Origin: Octopus vulgaris
Taxonomy: Eukaryota
Assembly: GCA_951406725.2 (NCBI GenBank)
Contig: OX597831.1
Span: 83,390,001-83,454,000, forward strand
Reading direction: 5' to 3'
DNA: 64,000 bases
Position 1 is the stretch's first letter. Each line of letters opens with the position of its first letter. Position numbers and translations under genes: made by a program. The notes beneath the pieces were generated by a model. That model was not told where the DNA came from. It did no database searches and was given only the letters and a program-made list of their open reading frames with translations. Below are positions 1-12,599 of this stretch, piece by piece.

Positions 1-1246
1 ATGTATAAAACACTAACATCTGTCCTGACGGAATATACCTATAGTTTTTTGACAGACAGCAGCATATTCCCTAATGAACAGAAAGGATGTAAACGTGGAT
101 CCTCCGGCTGTAAAGACCAACTACTCATCAATAAGATGATCTTAGAAGATTGTCACAAACGACACAAAAACTTATCAATAGCCTGGATAGACTATAAAAA
201 GGCTTTTTATAGCCTGCCACATAGTTGGATTAATAAATGCCTAGAAATGTATAAGATAGCACCTGCTCTGCGAAACTTTTTGTCTGTAAGTATGAGATCA
301 TGGAGAACCACACTAACTTTGAACAATGACAATGAATCTCTAAATGCTGGTGATGTAAAAATTTCATGTGGCATTTTCCAGGGCGACTCACTATCACCGC
401 TCCTCTTCTGTTTAGCCTTAATACCTCTCTCAAAACTGCTCAATGACGCGCAGTACGGATATAAAATGTTTGATAAAAATATAAATCATCTCATTTACAT
501 GGATGATTTAAAGCTTTTGCAAAAAAATGACCAACAACTCAAGGGCTTACTAGCGATTGTCAAACAATTCAGTGATCACATCAGAATGCAATTTGGCCTC
601 GATAAGTGTGCAAAAGCTACCTTTATCAAAGGAAAAATGACAGAAACATCTAACGTTAACCTTGACCAGCAGAATGTAATAAACGAATTAGACCCAGCGG
701 AGAGCTACAAGTATCTAGGGGGAATTGAAGGAAACAGAATAAGATATTCAGAGATGAAAGAAAGGATCAGGAGAGATTGCTATCAAAGAGTGAGAGCAAT
801 ACTCAATACAGAGCTGAATGCAAGAAACAGGATCGAAGCGATCAATGCATTAGCCATACCAGTCGTGACTTACAGTTTCAATATCGTTAACTGGTCAATT
901 ACTGAAATACGTCAGCTCGACAGAAAAATAAGAAAAATGTTGACAATGCATAGAATGCACCACCCTAAGGCAGATACAGAACGACTTTATCTGCCAAGAA
1001 AAGAGGGAGGCCGTGGACTTTTACAACTGGCAATAACAATGAAGATTGCTACAATTGGCCTAGACACCTACCTGAAAAACTCTGAGGACTGGATGTTAAA
1101 ACTTGTCTCAAAACATGAAAACAAGAAAGCATCATACTCAGTAACAAAACAGGCAAAGGAATATCTAAGTGAAGCTGTTGTCTCTTGAGGTCTCTGGGTG
1201 AGACTTGGAGCCAACTTGTACAGACATAAAGCAAAAGTCAAACATA

Positions 1247-1247
<1 letters not shown>
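1..1247 (+). mobile_element. R4/Dong-like non-LTR retrotransposon (subfamily A): RT domain cut by the window edge, with an internal deletion joining the RT C-terminus to the 3' UTR
   Basis: ORF 1-1188 has RT motifs EQKGC, WIDYKKAF, GIFQGDSLSP, HLIYMDD, YKYLG and RLYLPRKEGGRGL. Similarity to the opposite-strand copy stops at 1173. 1174-1247 matches the 3'-end segment at 53271-53340 (minus) and is followed by (AAT)n. Confidence 0.92.

Positions 1248-1311
<64 letters not shown>
1248..1311. repeat. (TAA)n microsatellite, tail or target of the Dong-like copy
   Basis: Pure aat run directly after the 3' UTR. Confidence 0.97.
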
Positions 1312-4224
1312 TTATGCAGCTCTATCGTGCCTGTTGAGATACTCTGTAGGCGCTAGAAGACTGCACTTGGAGACCACATGGTCAATGGTTTTATTTTGTT
1401 GCTTGCATACACGACACGTTGGACTGCTTCTGATCTTTAATATGTTGGCCTGGTAGTTTCTTGTTGGTAGGCATTGATCTTGAGCTGCTATGATGAACCC
1501 CTCTGTTTCAGATTTTAAGCCAGAGGCCATTAGCCATTGATGGATCAGGGCTTTGTCAACATCTGCATTATTTGCTCTCTTTGGGTATTTGCCATAGAGA
1601 GGTTTTTCTTTCCATTTATCATTCAGAATATCTAAGGCCGCAGATTTAGCACGGGTTTTCATGCGCTTAGCTTTTTCTGTGCCTGTTTCTTGTATGTCTA
1701 TCTCTAATTCCGAAATTTGTTGTATTCGGAATTCACTTAGATATTCCTTTGCCTGTTTTGTTACTGAGTATGATGCTTTCTTGTTTTCATGTTTTGAGAC
1801 AAGTTTTAACATCCAGTCCTCAGAGTTTTTCAGGTAGGTGTCTAGGCCAATTGTAGCAATCTTCATTGTTATTGCCAGTTGTAAAAGTCCACGGCCTCCT
1901 CTTTTCTTGGCAGATAAAGTCGTTCTGTATCTGCCTTAGGGTGGTGCATTCTATGCATTGTCAACATTTTCTTATTTTTCTGTCGAGCTGACGTATTTCA
2001 GTAATTGACCAGTTAACGATATTGAAACTGTAAGTCACGACTGGTATGGCTAATGCATTGATCGCTTCGATCCTGTTTCTTGCATTCAGCTCTGTATTGA
2101 GTATTGCTCTCACTCTTTGATAGCAATCTCTCCTGATCCTTTCTTTCATCTCTGAATACCTTATTCTGTTTCCTTCAATTCCCCTAGATACTTGTAGCTC
2201 TCCGCTGGGTCTAATTCGTTTATTACATTCTGCTGGTCAAGGTTAACGTTAGATGTTTCTGTCATTTTTCCTTTGATAAAGATAGCTTTTGCACATTTAT
2301 CGAGGCCGAATTGCATTCTGATGTCGTCACTGAATTGTTTGACTATCGCTTGTAAGCCCTTGAGTTGTTGGTCATTTTTTTGCAAAAAGCTTTAAATCAT
2401 CCATGTAAATGAGATGATTTATATTTTTATCAAACATTTTATATCCGTACTGCGCGTCATTGAGCAGCTTTGAGAGAGGTATTAAGGCTAAACAAAAGAG
2501 GAGTGGTGACAGTGAGTCACCCAGGAAAATGCCACACGAAATTTTTACATCACCAGCATTTAGAGATTCATTGTCACTGTTCAGAGTTAGTGTGGTTCTC
2601 CATGATCTCATACAGTCAAAAAGTTTCGCAGAGTAGGTGCTATCTTATACATTTCCAGGCATTTCTTAATCCAGCTATGTGGTAGGCTATCAAAAGCCTT
2701 TTTATAGTCTATCCAGGCTATTGATAAGTTTTTGTGTCGTTTGTGACAATCTTCTAAGATCATCTTATTGATGAGTAGTTGGTCTTTACAGCCGTAGGAT
2801 CCACGTTTACATCCTTTCTGTTCATTAGGGAATATACTGCTGTCTGTTAAAAAACTATAAGTATATTCCGTCAGGACAGATGTTAGCGTTTTATACATAG
2901 TTGTTAAGCAGGTTATGGGTCTATAGTTTTTTGGTTCATTTCTTTCTTCACTTTTTGGAAGCAGGAATGTTAACCCATTAACTAGCCAAGGAGGCATGCT
3001 ACTAGGGTGTTGCAAAACATCATTATACAGTTCTGTTAGAAGTTCATGGCTCTCTGGGAAGGCATTCAACCAGAAGTTAAGAATTTTATCATTTCCTGGA
3101 GACTTCCATTTGCTTGACCTCCTGAGAGCAGATCTTATATCTTCTACCTTGACACCCTCCCACTTTTGCTCTTCTAAGGGGTCCAGTTCTTTAGATATTC
3201 TGTCAATCCAGGGGCCTTTTCGTTGTGTGTTTTTTCTTCTGCCCAAATTTTATTCCAAAATCCCTGCACTTCTTCTTTTGATGGTACAGACCTTGCAGTA
3301 AACGCTGTTTTTCCTATCTTCCTGTAAAAATTCTTGGGGTTATTTTTGAACATGTTGTTGTCCTTGAAGAATCTAACACGCTTTTCATACCTCGCTATGT
3401 GGGCAGCTTTGGCAGATACCTTTTGTTTGATGGTTTCTATGGTGGCATCAATATCAAGTATAGTTTTCATATTGTATTTTTTCACTAATTTTGGGGTTTT
3501 TGTAGGTTTGGTAGTCTTGTGAACCTTAAGGTTTTTCAAATATTCAATGTCAGATCTAAATAGTTTAATTTGTTGTGGCAAACGCTCTTGCCAAGAAGGC
3601 TTTTTGTGGGAATGTTGCCGTTTTCTAATCTTTACACCACATAGGATCGTTGAGATTTTCACGGATGCATAGTACAGGTGGTTAAGATTTGTGATATCAA
3701 CATCATTAGCTGAAATTATATCCTTATGTGCAAGCCGGATTTTCCCAATTATTTTCATGTTTTGGTTAGAGTTGCGGATTTTAGGGAGTGTATCACGTTC
3801 ATCCATACTGGTTTCTTTAATTTTCAGCCATCCAATCATGATTTGATTTTTTAGCTCATGCAGTTCTGTTGGGTCAATATTTGTGTGACTTTCTTTATCT
3901 ATTTGATGTTCATCTGTCTTAGTGTTTATGATTGGTTCAGGGAGTATTTCACTTTGCCTATCACTTATACTAACTCTTTCAATCCTTACTTCGTTTTTAT
4001 CAGCCCTGGGCTGGTCTATAATTATTTCCTCTGTTCTATCTTCTCTAGCTGCAGCTTCGTTCATTTTATCCGTTACTGCTTGTCTAATTTGATCAATCTC
4101 TACTTCAGTCAGTAATTTTTTTTTATAATGTTTCTTCTGACGTTGGCAAGTTTGTTACTGTCTATGGAGGGTCTTACTTCAGGGTGTTTCTGTCTCCAGT
4201 TTAAGTAGGTTTGTACAGTGTTAG

Positions 4225-4226
<2 letters not shown>
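1312..4226 (-). mobile_element. R4/Dong-like non-LTR retrotransposon (subfamily A), frameshifted, truncated just after the CCHC knuckle
   Basis: Consecutive minus-strand ORFs 3174-4064, 2608-3246, 2372-2611, 2161-2385, 1961-2149 and 1312-1866 give the N-terminal region, KSPGND..NFWL, NYRPITCL, YMDD, AAQDQCLPTRNY and CRVC..DHVVSKC..RHD. (TAA)n lies upstream at 4227-4296. Confidence 0.93.
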
Positions 4227-4298
<72 letters not shown>

Positions 4299-4440
4299 GT
4301 GCATGTATGTATACGTACATATATATGTATATATACCTATATATATGAGTATATTTGTATATATGCATGTATATGTACATATACCTATATATATAGATAT
4401 ACATGCATGTTTACGTACATATATATGTAAATATACCTAT

Positions 4441-4520
4441 ATCATCACCATTGTTCGACCGTGGTCGAGACAATGGAATTTACCATGCTATGCCAGACTT
4501 CACGGTCCATCATGGCATTA
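4441..4520 (-). mobile_element. 3' terminus of an RTE-like LINE
   Basis: Minus strand reads NAMMDREVWHSMVNSIVSTTVEQ (an RTE-type DRxxW end), followed by a short tga/gat tail. Confidence 0.6.
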
Positions 4521-4548
4521 CCTATATATATTACCATCATATATATTA

Positions 4549-4586
<38 letters not shown>

Positions 4587-4679
4587 TATACAGTTATATA
4601 TATTTGCATTTATATGTAGATATATATGTATATATACCTAGGTATATATATGAGTATATTTATACATATGCATGTAAAT

Positions 4680-5480
4680 AACAAATGAAAGACAGGAGAT
4701 GGTATATACGAGAATATAGTATTAATCACAACAATTGTTTCGACACATCTAGCATCGATTCCTCTCGAGGGACACTCAACAACAGGTTCAGGAGTATCCG
4801 GTGGTGCAGATGTATTTCGTCGGGTGATAAATAAATAAAAAATATCTCGTTAAAATGACTGTTCCACAATGCAACTTTCTGTTTTGTAGAGACAAAAACA
4901 GCCAGAGGAAGGAAAATTCTTCACATATATAAAAGATCCAAAAATAAAATTGCAGAAGACAAAAAGAGAAACGAACACTTAATCCAGCGAGAAATTATTG
5001 AAAATTACCGTTAACAGATATCGATGTATAAACGCCCTCGGGCAAGCTGCATGGCACGAGTACAACGCTCATACAAGCGTTAGCAAAAGTGTGAGAAGAC
5101 GCACACACGAGGTTAAGTGTACTCATGATTACAAAACCAGTTAGATATTTAGTAGTCGTTTAGAAGAACGGGGAGGTTAGAAGTAAATTTAAGTCATCCA
5201 TACCTTAAAGTAAAATAAAATTACACTACGTTAACGGTTACTCAAAAGTCATTCTCACTGCATTGTGCGAAAGTACAATTTTATGCGTGTAAGCATCTCG
5301 ATAGTCTTTCAGAAATTCCATTAAGTCTCTTTTCGTTAGTCCACAGAATAGACAGGGATTCCTCGGAGCAGACACGGCATCTCCTCGAAATTGCACTGTA
5401 TGGTTTTGCATGCCTGACTATGGGCCAAGTAGTATTTCGCATTAGCCTCCTTCAGTCACCATATAAAATCTGCCAAAGAC
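4680..5480 (-). mobile_element. Penelope-like element 3' fragment (GIY-YIG endonuclease C-terminus plus pseudo-LTR)
   Basis: Minus strand 5480-5280, with one frameshift, reads SLADFIW*LKE..WPIVRHAKPYSAISRRCRVCSEE..I..LNGISE..RCLH. This matches the PLE endonuclease tail pattern PY....C..C..E...LN..SE...C.H. A hammerhead-like motif lies near the 3' end. Confidence 0.75.
4725..4828 (-). ncRNA. Degenerate type-I hammerhead ribozyme motif with extended stem II
   Basis: Minus strand: AUCAC CCGACGA A AUACAUCU...AGAUGUGU C GAAA CAAUUG UU GUGAU. Stem I is AUCAC/GUGAU, stem III is the palindrome CAAUUG, and the core has C in place of U4. Confidence 0.6.
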
Positions 5481-7230
5481 ATACATACATACATACATAC
5501 ATACATACATACATACAATACATACATACAATACATACATACAATACATACATACATACATACATACATACGTACATACATACATACATACATACATACA
5601 TACAATACATACATACATACAATACATACATACAATACATACATACATACATACATACATACATACATACATACATACAATACATACATACATACATACA
5701 TACAATACATACATACATACATACATACATACGTACATACATACATACATACATACAATACATACATACATACATACATACATACATACGTACATACATA
5801 CATACATACATACATACAATACATACATACATACAATACATACATACATATTTACATACATACATACATACAATACATACATACTTACATACATACATAC
5901 ATACATACAATACATACATACATACAATACATACATACATACAATACATACATACATACAATACATACATACATACATACATACATACAATACATACATA
6001 CATACAATACATACATACATACAATACATACATACATACATACATACATACATACATACAATACATACATACATACAATACATACATACATACATACATA
6101 CAATACATACATACATACAATACATACATACATACAATACATACATACATACAATACATACATACATACAATACATACATACATACAATACATACATACA
6201 TACATACATACATACATACAATACATACATACATACAATACATACATACATACAATTCATACATACATACATACATACATACATACAATACATACATACA
6301 TACAATACATACATACATACAATACATACATACATACATACATACATACATACAATACATACATACATACAATACATACATACATACATACAATACATAC
6401 ATACATACAATACATACATACATACATACATACATACATACATACATACATACATACATACATACATACAATACATACATACATACAATACATACATACA
6501 TACATACATACATACATACAATACATACATACATACATACATACATACATACAATACATACATACATACAATACATACATACATACATACATACATACAT
6601 ACATACATACATACAATACATACATACATACATACATACATACATACATACAATACATACAATACATACATACATACAATACATACATACATACATACAT
6701 ACAATACATACATACATACATACATACAATACATACATACATACAATACATACATACATACATACATACATACATACATACATACATACATACATACAAT
6801 ACATACATACATACAATACATACATACATACAATACATACATACATACAATACATACATACATACAATACATACATACATACAATACATACATACATACA
6901 TACATACATACATACATACATACATACATACAATACATACATACATACATACATACATACATACATACATACATACATACATACATACATACATACATAC
7001 AATACAATACATACATACATACATACATACATACATACATACATACATACATACATACATACAATACATACATACATACAATACATACATACATACATAC
7101 GTACATACATAAATACGTGCATACAATACATACATACATACATACATACATACATACATACATACATACATACATACATACATACGTACGTACATACATA
7201 CGTGCATACACACACATGTATACATACATA
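5479..7230. repeat. ~1.75-kb (ACAT)n microsatellite with recurrent 3-nt (aat) variant units
   Basis: Seen directly. It generates the 595-666-aa IHTY/MYVC ORFs. Confidence 0.98.
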
Positions 7231-7314
7231 TTTATCTATGTATCTAGAGTGGGCAAAACCCCCGAGATTCATGGACAAGTTCTCTCCAGTGGTCTTTGTC
7301 CATCATCATCACCA

Positions 7315-7357
<43 letters not shown>

Positions 7358-7365
7358 CATGTATG

Positions 7366-7463
<98 letters not shown>

Positions 7464-7565
7464 CAATTTATAAGTAAGTAATTGTTTATAAATTTAACCT
7501 TTAAATGTATTTTTTGATATGCTGGCCATTGATAGAATTTTTTTCGAAAAATTTTATCCTAAATT

Positions 7566-7631
<66 letters not shown>

Positions 7632-8142
7632 ATGTATGTATACGTATGTCTGTCTCTTTGTGTGTGTGTGTATGTGCGTGTGCGTGCGTACGTGCGTGTG
7701 TGTGTTATGCGCACGTGTATGTGTTCATTACAATAAAAAAATTACTATGGTATTTATAAACCAAGAAAATAATGCCAAACTCTTCGTTATTATAAGGTAA
7801 AACAAAATTTTGCTCAAGAATATTTTAATGATGGTCGTAAGAACCAACCAATGATATTCGAGAATATTATTATCCTTTGACGATGTTCCAATTCGTGTAT
7901 TCATTATGCTCGGTTTCTGGGAATGAATCTTGAAGATTGAATTTAAATATGTGTATATTAACGAACTGAGCGAAACTTTAGGTTATGTAATGCAAAACCT
8001 GTAATCCTGGGTATATGACAAAAGATGTATAACGTGAGATAGAGAAAAATTGACGTATTTATAGATATATATCGTAGAGAGAGGCAAGATAATGTATAAG
8101 CTGATATATATATATATATGTTCTTATACACCTTTCTTCTAT

Positions 8143-8192
<50 letters not shown>

Positions 8193-8200
<8 letters not shown>

Positions 8201-8499
8201 ATCACGTGACCGACCAGGCTATCAGATGTTGCTACACATCGCTGGTCACAATGCGCTTCGCATTGTTTTAGCCTTCAAATGACGCCACCCTACTGGCTAA
8301 GCGAGCAGTTTAACGGAAGAACGAGTGAGAGAAAGTTGCGACGAAAGAGTACAGCAGGGATCGCCACCAACCCCTGCCGGAGCCTCGTGGAGTTTTAAGT
8401 GCTCTCGCTCAATAACCATTCACAACGCCCGGTCTGGGAATCGAAACCGCGATCCTACGATCGCGAGTCCGCTGCCCTAACCACTGGGCCATTACGCCC

Positions 8500-8503
<4 letters not shown>
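8193..8503 (-). mobile_element. tRNA-derived SINE
   Basis: Minus-strand 5' end GTGAGGGCGTAATGGCCCAGTGGTTAGGGCAGCGGACTCGCGATCGTAGGATCGCGGTTTCGATTCCC has Pol III A- and B-box-like motifs, followed by ~230 bp of body. Flanked by (TA)n. Confidence 0.85.
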
Positions 8504-8544
<41 letters not shown>

Positions 8545-8574
8545 TTTATTTTAAGCAGCAGAAAATTCAACAAA

Positions 8575-8616
8575 ATCTGTTACTCTGAGTTTCTCGTTGC
8601 CGTTCATCAGACAGAT
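8575..8616 (-). ncRNA. Minimal type-I hammerhead ribozyme motif
   Basis: Minus strand: AUCUGU CUGAUGA A-CG GCAA CG-A GAAA CUC A GAG UA ACAGAU. Core intact, GUA cleavage triplet, 6-bp stem I, A:A mismatch at the base of stem II. Confidence 0.72.
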
Positions 8617-8672
8617 ATATACATATCGTTAGCCACTACACGCATTTTTCTCTCCTTGTTTTTTCTGTATAC

Positions 8673-8708
8673 CTTTCTGTAGAAGAGCGTAGGCTCGAAA
8701 CGTAAAAG
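8673..8708 (+). ncRNA. Variant minimal hammerhead-like motif
   Basis: CUUU CUGUAGA A GAGC GUAG GCUC GAAA CG UA AAAG. Stem I is CUUU/AAAG, stem II GAGC/GCUC, stem III the palindrome ACGU. The core deviates at A6. Confidence 0.55.
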
Positions 8709-8822
8709 ACTTTTTCTATTCCTGAGCGTTATACTTATACTAATACATCTGTTTGTTTTGTACACCGCCTGTCTTCGTCTTTTGTTTTTTTCGTAAACTT
8801 TCCCTATATATATATATATATA

Positions 8823-8985
8823 GGCGCAGGAGTGGCTGTGTGGTAAGTAGCTTGCTAACCAACCACATGGTTCCAGGTTCAGTCCCACTGCGTGGCATCT
8901 TGGGCAAATGTCTTCTGCTATAGCCCCGGGCCGACCAATGCCTTGTGAGTGGATTTGGTAGACGGAAACTGAAAGAAGCCTGTCG
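8823..8985 (+). mobile_element. tRNA-derived SINE (5' part)
   Basis: GGCGCAGGAGTGGCTGTGTGGTAAG...GGTTCAGTCCC gives A/B-box-like motifs. A second copy lies at 32714-32872 (minus). Confidence 0.85.
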
Positions 8986-10343
8986 TGTATATGTATATAT
9001 ATATATGTAAGTGTGTGTGTGTGTGTTACATAGATATATACAAGGTATATAAGAATATTTATGTGTGTGCGTGTGTGTGTGTGTGTAGTACATAGAAGAA
9101 ATAAGACGATGAATTGATCAAATACCGAAAGACAATAATTGTGAAATGAAATGTGAAGAAAACGTAAAAAGATAAAATGTTATAAAATATTTGAGTTAAA
9201 GCTTTGAAGTGAAGTTTCATGAGTGACTGTGGTCAAAGATGAAATGTTGGAGCGGAAAGATGGCGTAAAAGTGTTGGAAGGTAGGGGAAGTTGTGGGACG
9301 ATTCGTAGGTAAAATGTGTTTGACCAACCGGAACTGTAAGTGACAAAGGTTTTTTTAAATTATAGACTCTTATTATCAGATATCTTTAACATAACAGTAA
9401 TATTGCATCATAGCTATAATAAGATATAGTTATTATAACATTATTTTATCATACAGTATAGCTTATACATTATTCTTGTATTGTAATATAGCTATAGTAC
9501 CGTTGCTGTATTATATTATGGCTGTAATAATATTGCTATTTTATAATAAAACTCAATTATAACATTACTAGACTCTGCCATATCAAAGAGTGATAGAAAC
9601 CGTGTATAATGCGGGATTATCTTTCAGTTATATTTTTTTAGTTTTTGGTTTGATGTAGTTTAGGGTTTAATGTTTCAGAAGAAAAGACGTGATATCGAGT
9701 CCTTCTCCGGTGTCTCCCTGGTTGGTGGTAGCGCGTTATCTTATTGTTGGAGGCCTAGCTCAGATGTTTGGATTCTCTAAATATATCCAATGACCAAGAG
9801 ATGCTGTTAAGGATTAAATCTTCTAGCATAGAACTGGAGTGGTTCTTCTGCTACTCACAATGTTTTGATCGACCCGAATAGGACCCACCCCAGGGCGTAG
9901 GGCATTGAAGTCAAGACTAATACCACGTCTTTGTGAGCTACACAACTGTCCTAATGCCTAAGTAGTTTCGTGCCTCAAATTCGCCTTGAAATTACTCTAA
10001 GATCAATAAAATATCATGTATGAACCGGGCTATGTTGGTTTGGGCATGAATGAACTCAACTTTCCAAGAGTTATGCTTGTAAAGCCGATCTTTTATCAAT
10101 CTTACGGCATTATTGTCAACTTCCGACCATGTTCTCCCACTCTTTCGATTGATGTTTGTTGTGTCCCGTCGACACTGTTATGTCCTTCTTTGAACTCGCT
10201 GTATATTCCACTTTATAATGTGGACTTAAAACAAGATTATAGCAATACAAATGTAAATCAGAAACAACAAATAACAAGCAATACCCTTTTCTCAACGACT
10301 TCTTACGACTGTCTTCACAAAGTGCCTGTGCACGCCACACTGT

Positions 10344-10405
10344 ATTTCTTTATTGGCCACACAGGGCCTAACATAGAGGGGACAAACAAGGACAGACAAA
10401 ACACA
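10344..10405 (-). mobile_element. Short 3'-end remnant related to the Tx1-like LINE at 30961
   Basis: tttctttattggccacacagggc resembles tttctttattagccacacagggc at 30964, with AATAAA on the minus strand. Confidence 0.55.
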
Positions 10406-11184
10406 AAAGTGGGCAAAAATAGAATCGAATGAAAAGAATTGTAATGATAAACGAAAAGGTGGATCGGCGTCAACTCGAAACCCCACACTCCAGATAACGT
10501 CATTGAACATTTTTACAGAGTTTTTAAACAGTTATTTTATTTTTGTCTCTTTATCCTTGCTGTGTGCTGCTTGTGTTGTATATTCAGTGTTATTTTTTTG
10601 TTGTCTGAGTTTGTAATGTTTTTGCCTACGTTTGTATTTGTTTTTGTGCGTTTATTTTTGTCGCTTTGTCCTTGTTGTGTTACTTGCGTTGTAGTTTCAC
10701 TGTTCTTTTGCGGCTATATTTTCCCTTTTTGCCGTCTGCGTTTGTAGTGTCTGCGTTCGTATCTGTTCTTGTGCTTTCGTTTTGAAGCTTTTTGTGTTTG
10801 TTGGAAGAAGAGAACGAGAACTTTTGCTTAATGTTTACAACTTGACCCGGAAACGAAAGTCAGAAAAAAAAATAGTGCAACGGGTGTAAAACAATGTGTG
10901 GAAAATGAATATGAAAAAAAAAATGCGCGCAAAACAATGGGAGGCAGGGAGAGGACCTCGGAAAATTCACAAGATCCGAGTTTTTCCCTCATAACTTGTA
11001 GGAAAATGGGTTTTTTCAAATGAAATTTTATATAAATACTTTTCAAACAGCATACATTACGATTATAAAGTAATTTTGAGGAAAATCTTGAGGTGGGGAG
11101 AGGACTTCCGGAAAATTCCGAAGATCCGTATTTTTTCACGTTATATTCCGTAATCACATTAAACTTTCTACAGATACCCTAGCG

Positions 11185-11229
<45 letters not shown>

Positions 11230-11239
11230 ACTACGTAGT

Positions 11240-11673
11240 GTTTATTTCTACCCACTTTCGGCCGTTTTTTCTAGCGGTGTCATATGAAATTGTCACCCAT
11301 AATTATGACCCTAGTATCGATCTATTGCATTTCAATCTATTTTAGATTTAGGGTTTGTTAGGGTTAGGGTTAGGGGTGGGGGAAGGGTATCTTTTTTTCT
11401 TCACAAATGTAAATAAACCCAATCTGTTTCTTAAACGAGGGACATATTCATACGGCACAGAATGCTTTTTAACTCAATAGACGCCAGTGATTGGTTGAAA
11501 TCGCCAAAATGCAAGAAATTAAAGACGAAATATGTTACAGACTACAGAATTTTCTCAAGAAAGCCAAGAAAAAATGATGTTTTATAAACACATTCTACCA
11601 GTATACGAAGTTTAAAATTTTTTAGTTACCTAGAAATTATGTTAAAAACTGCCGTTCAAACCGAAAAGATCCC
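11240..11673. mobile_element. Putative non-autonomous DNA-transposon-like repeat containing a TTAGGG-like tract
   Basis: Right end aaaaactgccgttcaaaccgaaaagatcc partly mirrors the left end ctttcggccgttttt. Internal ttagggtttgttagggttagggttagggg at ~11349-11376. Confidence 0.4.
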
Positions 11674-12120
11674 AAATTTTTAATTATTAACTTTTTTCAA
11701 ATTTTTTTCGATCAACGTGGAAAAATACGGAGATTAACAATATGGTAAAAAAAAAATTACCATCAAATTTTATATGAAAAACTCCAAAATTTAACCACTC
11801 ACCCCTCCTCACCCAGCAAAAATGGTGCGCGACCACAACAATCTCAACAGCTCACAGAAAATGAACGACTAAAACAAGTGAAACAGCATATTTTACATAC
11901 CAGTTGCATACGTCGGTCTTGTTTTTTCGCTTTAAAAAGGTGATTCTCATTGAAGCAAACACGATATTGAATAATTCTCCGCCATACCTCTACTAAAAAC
12001 TTTAACATACTTCCAAAATGGGACGTCAGCCATGTTTATCCACGTGCGTCTATGTAGACATGTGTGTGTGTGCGTGCGTGTCAACCATACTATCAGCAAC
12101 AATCATCATCATCATCATCA

Positions 12121-12212
12121 TCTTCTTCTTCTTCTTCTTCTTCTTCTTCTTCTTCTTCTTCTTCTTCTTCTTCTTCTTCTTCTTCTTCTTCTTCTCCTTC
12201 TTCTTCTCCTTC
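12121..12212. repeat. (CTT)n microsatellite
   Basis: Seen directly. Confidence 0.97.
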
Positions 12213-12599
12213 TTTATAACAAGAAGCAACTGTTGCCATGCGTCTGAAATTGTGTAGGTGTGTGTGTGTGTATGTGGTGAAAGAGTGCATCGTTCGTCCC
12301 AGAATCAGACCAAAGTCTCTCTCAGACAGTATGTCGTCAGGTTACTTTTATTACAAGCCATCTCACCACCAACTCAGCGACTTCATAAGTTTCTTTTTAA
12401 AACATTCAGTACAATTCTTCTCACCCACAACTAGGCTTATACTGTAAAATATTCAATACAGATTTCCTACACAAGGTATCAGACGGTCGTGAGATATGCT
12501 AAAAATAACAGCTAAGTCACCCTTAACATTGTTCTATCATGAAACAATATTCAACACCATATTTAGGAAACCATTCGGATAAATTTTTACAAGTGCACC

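Noticed and set aside
5433-5456. Minus-strand CTGAAGGAGGCTAATGCGAAAT resembling a hammerhead core
   Set aside because: It lies in the PLE coding frame (LKEANAK), and no stem I or III can form.
5420-7420. 595-666-aa ORFs on both strands
   Set aside because: They are translations of (ACAT)n, which lacks stop codons, and show no protein signal.
8430-8503. tRNA-like sequence as a functional tRNA gene
   Set aside because: The acceptor stem is poor and the sequence continues into a SINE body, so it is treated as a SINE head.
11349-11376. TTAGGG units as a telomere or chromosome-fusion site
   Set aside because: Only a few imperfect units inside an apparent dispersed repeat.
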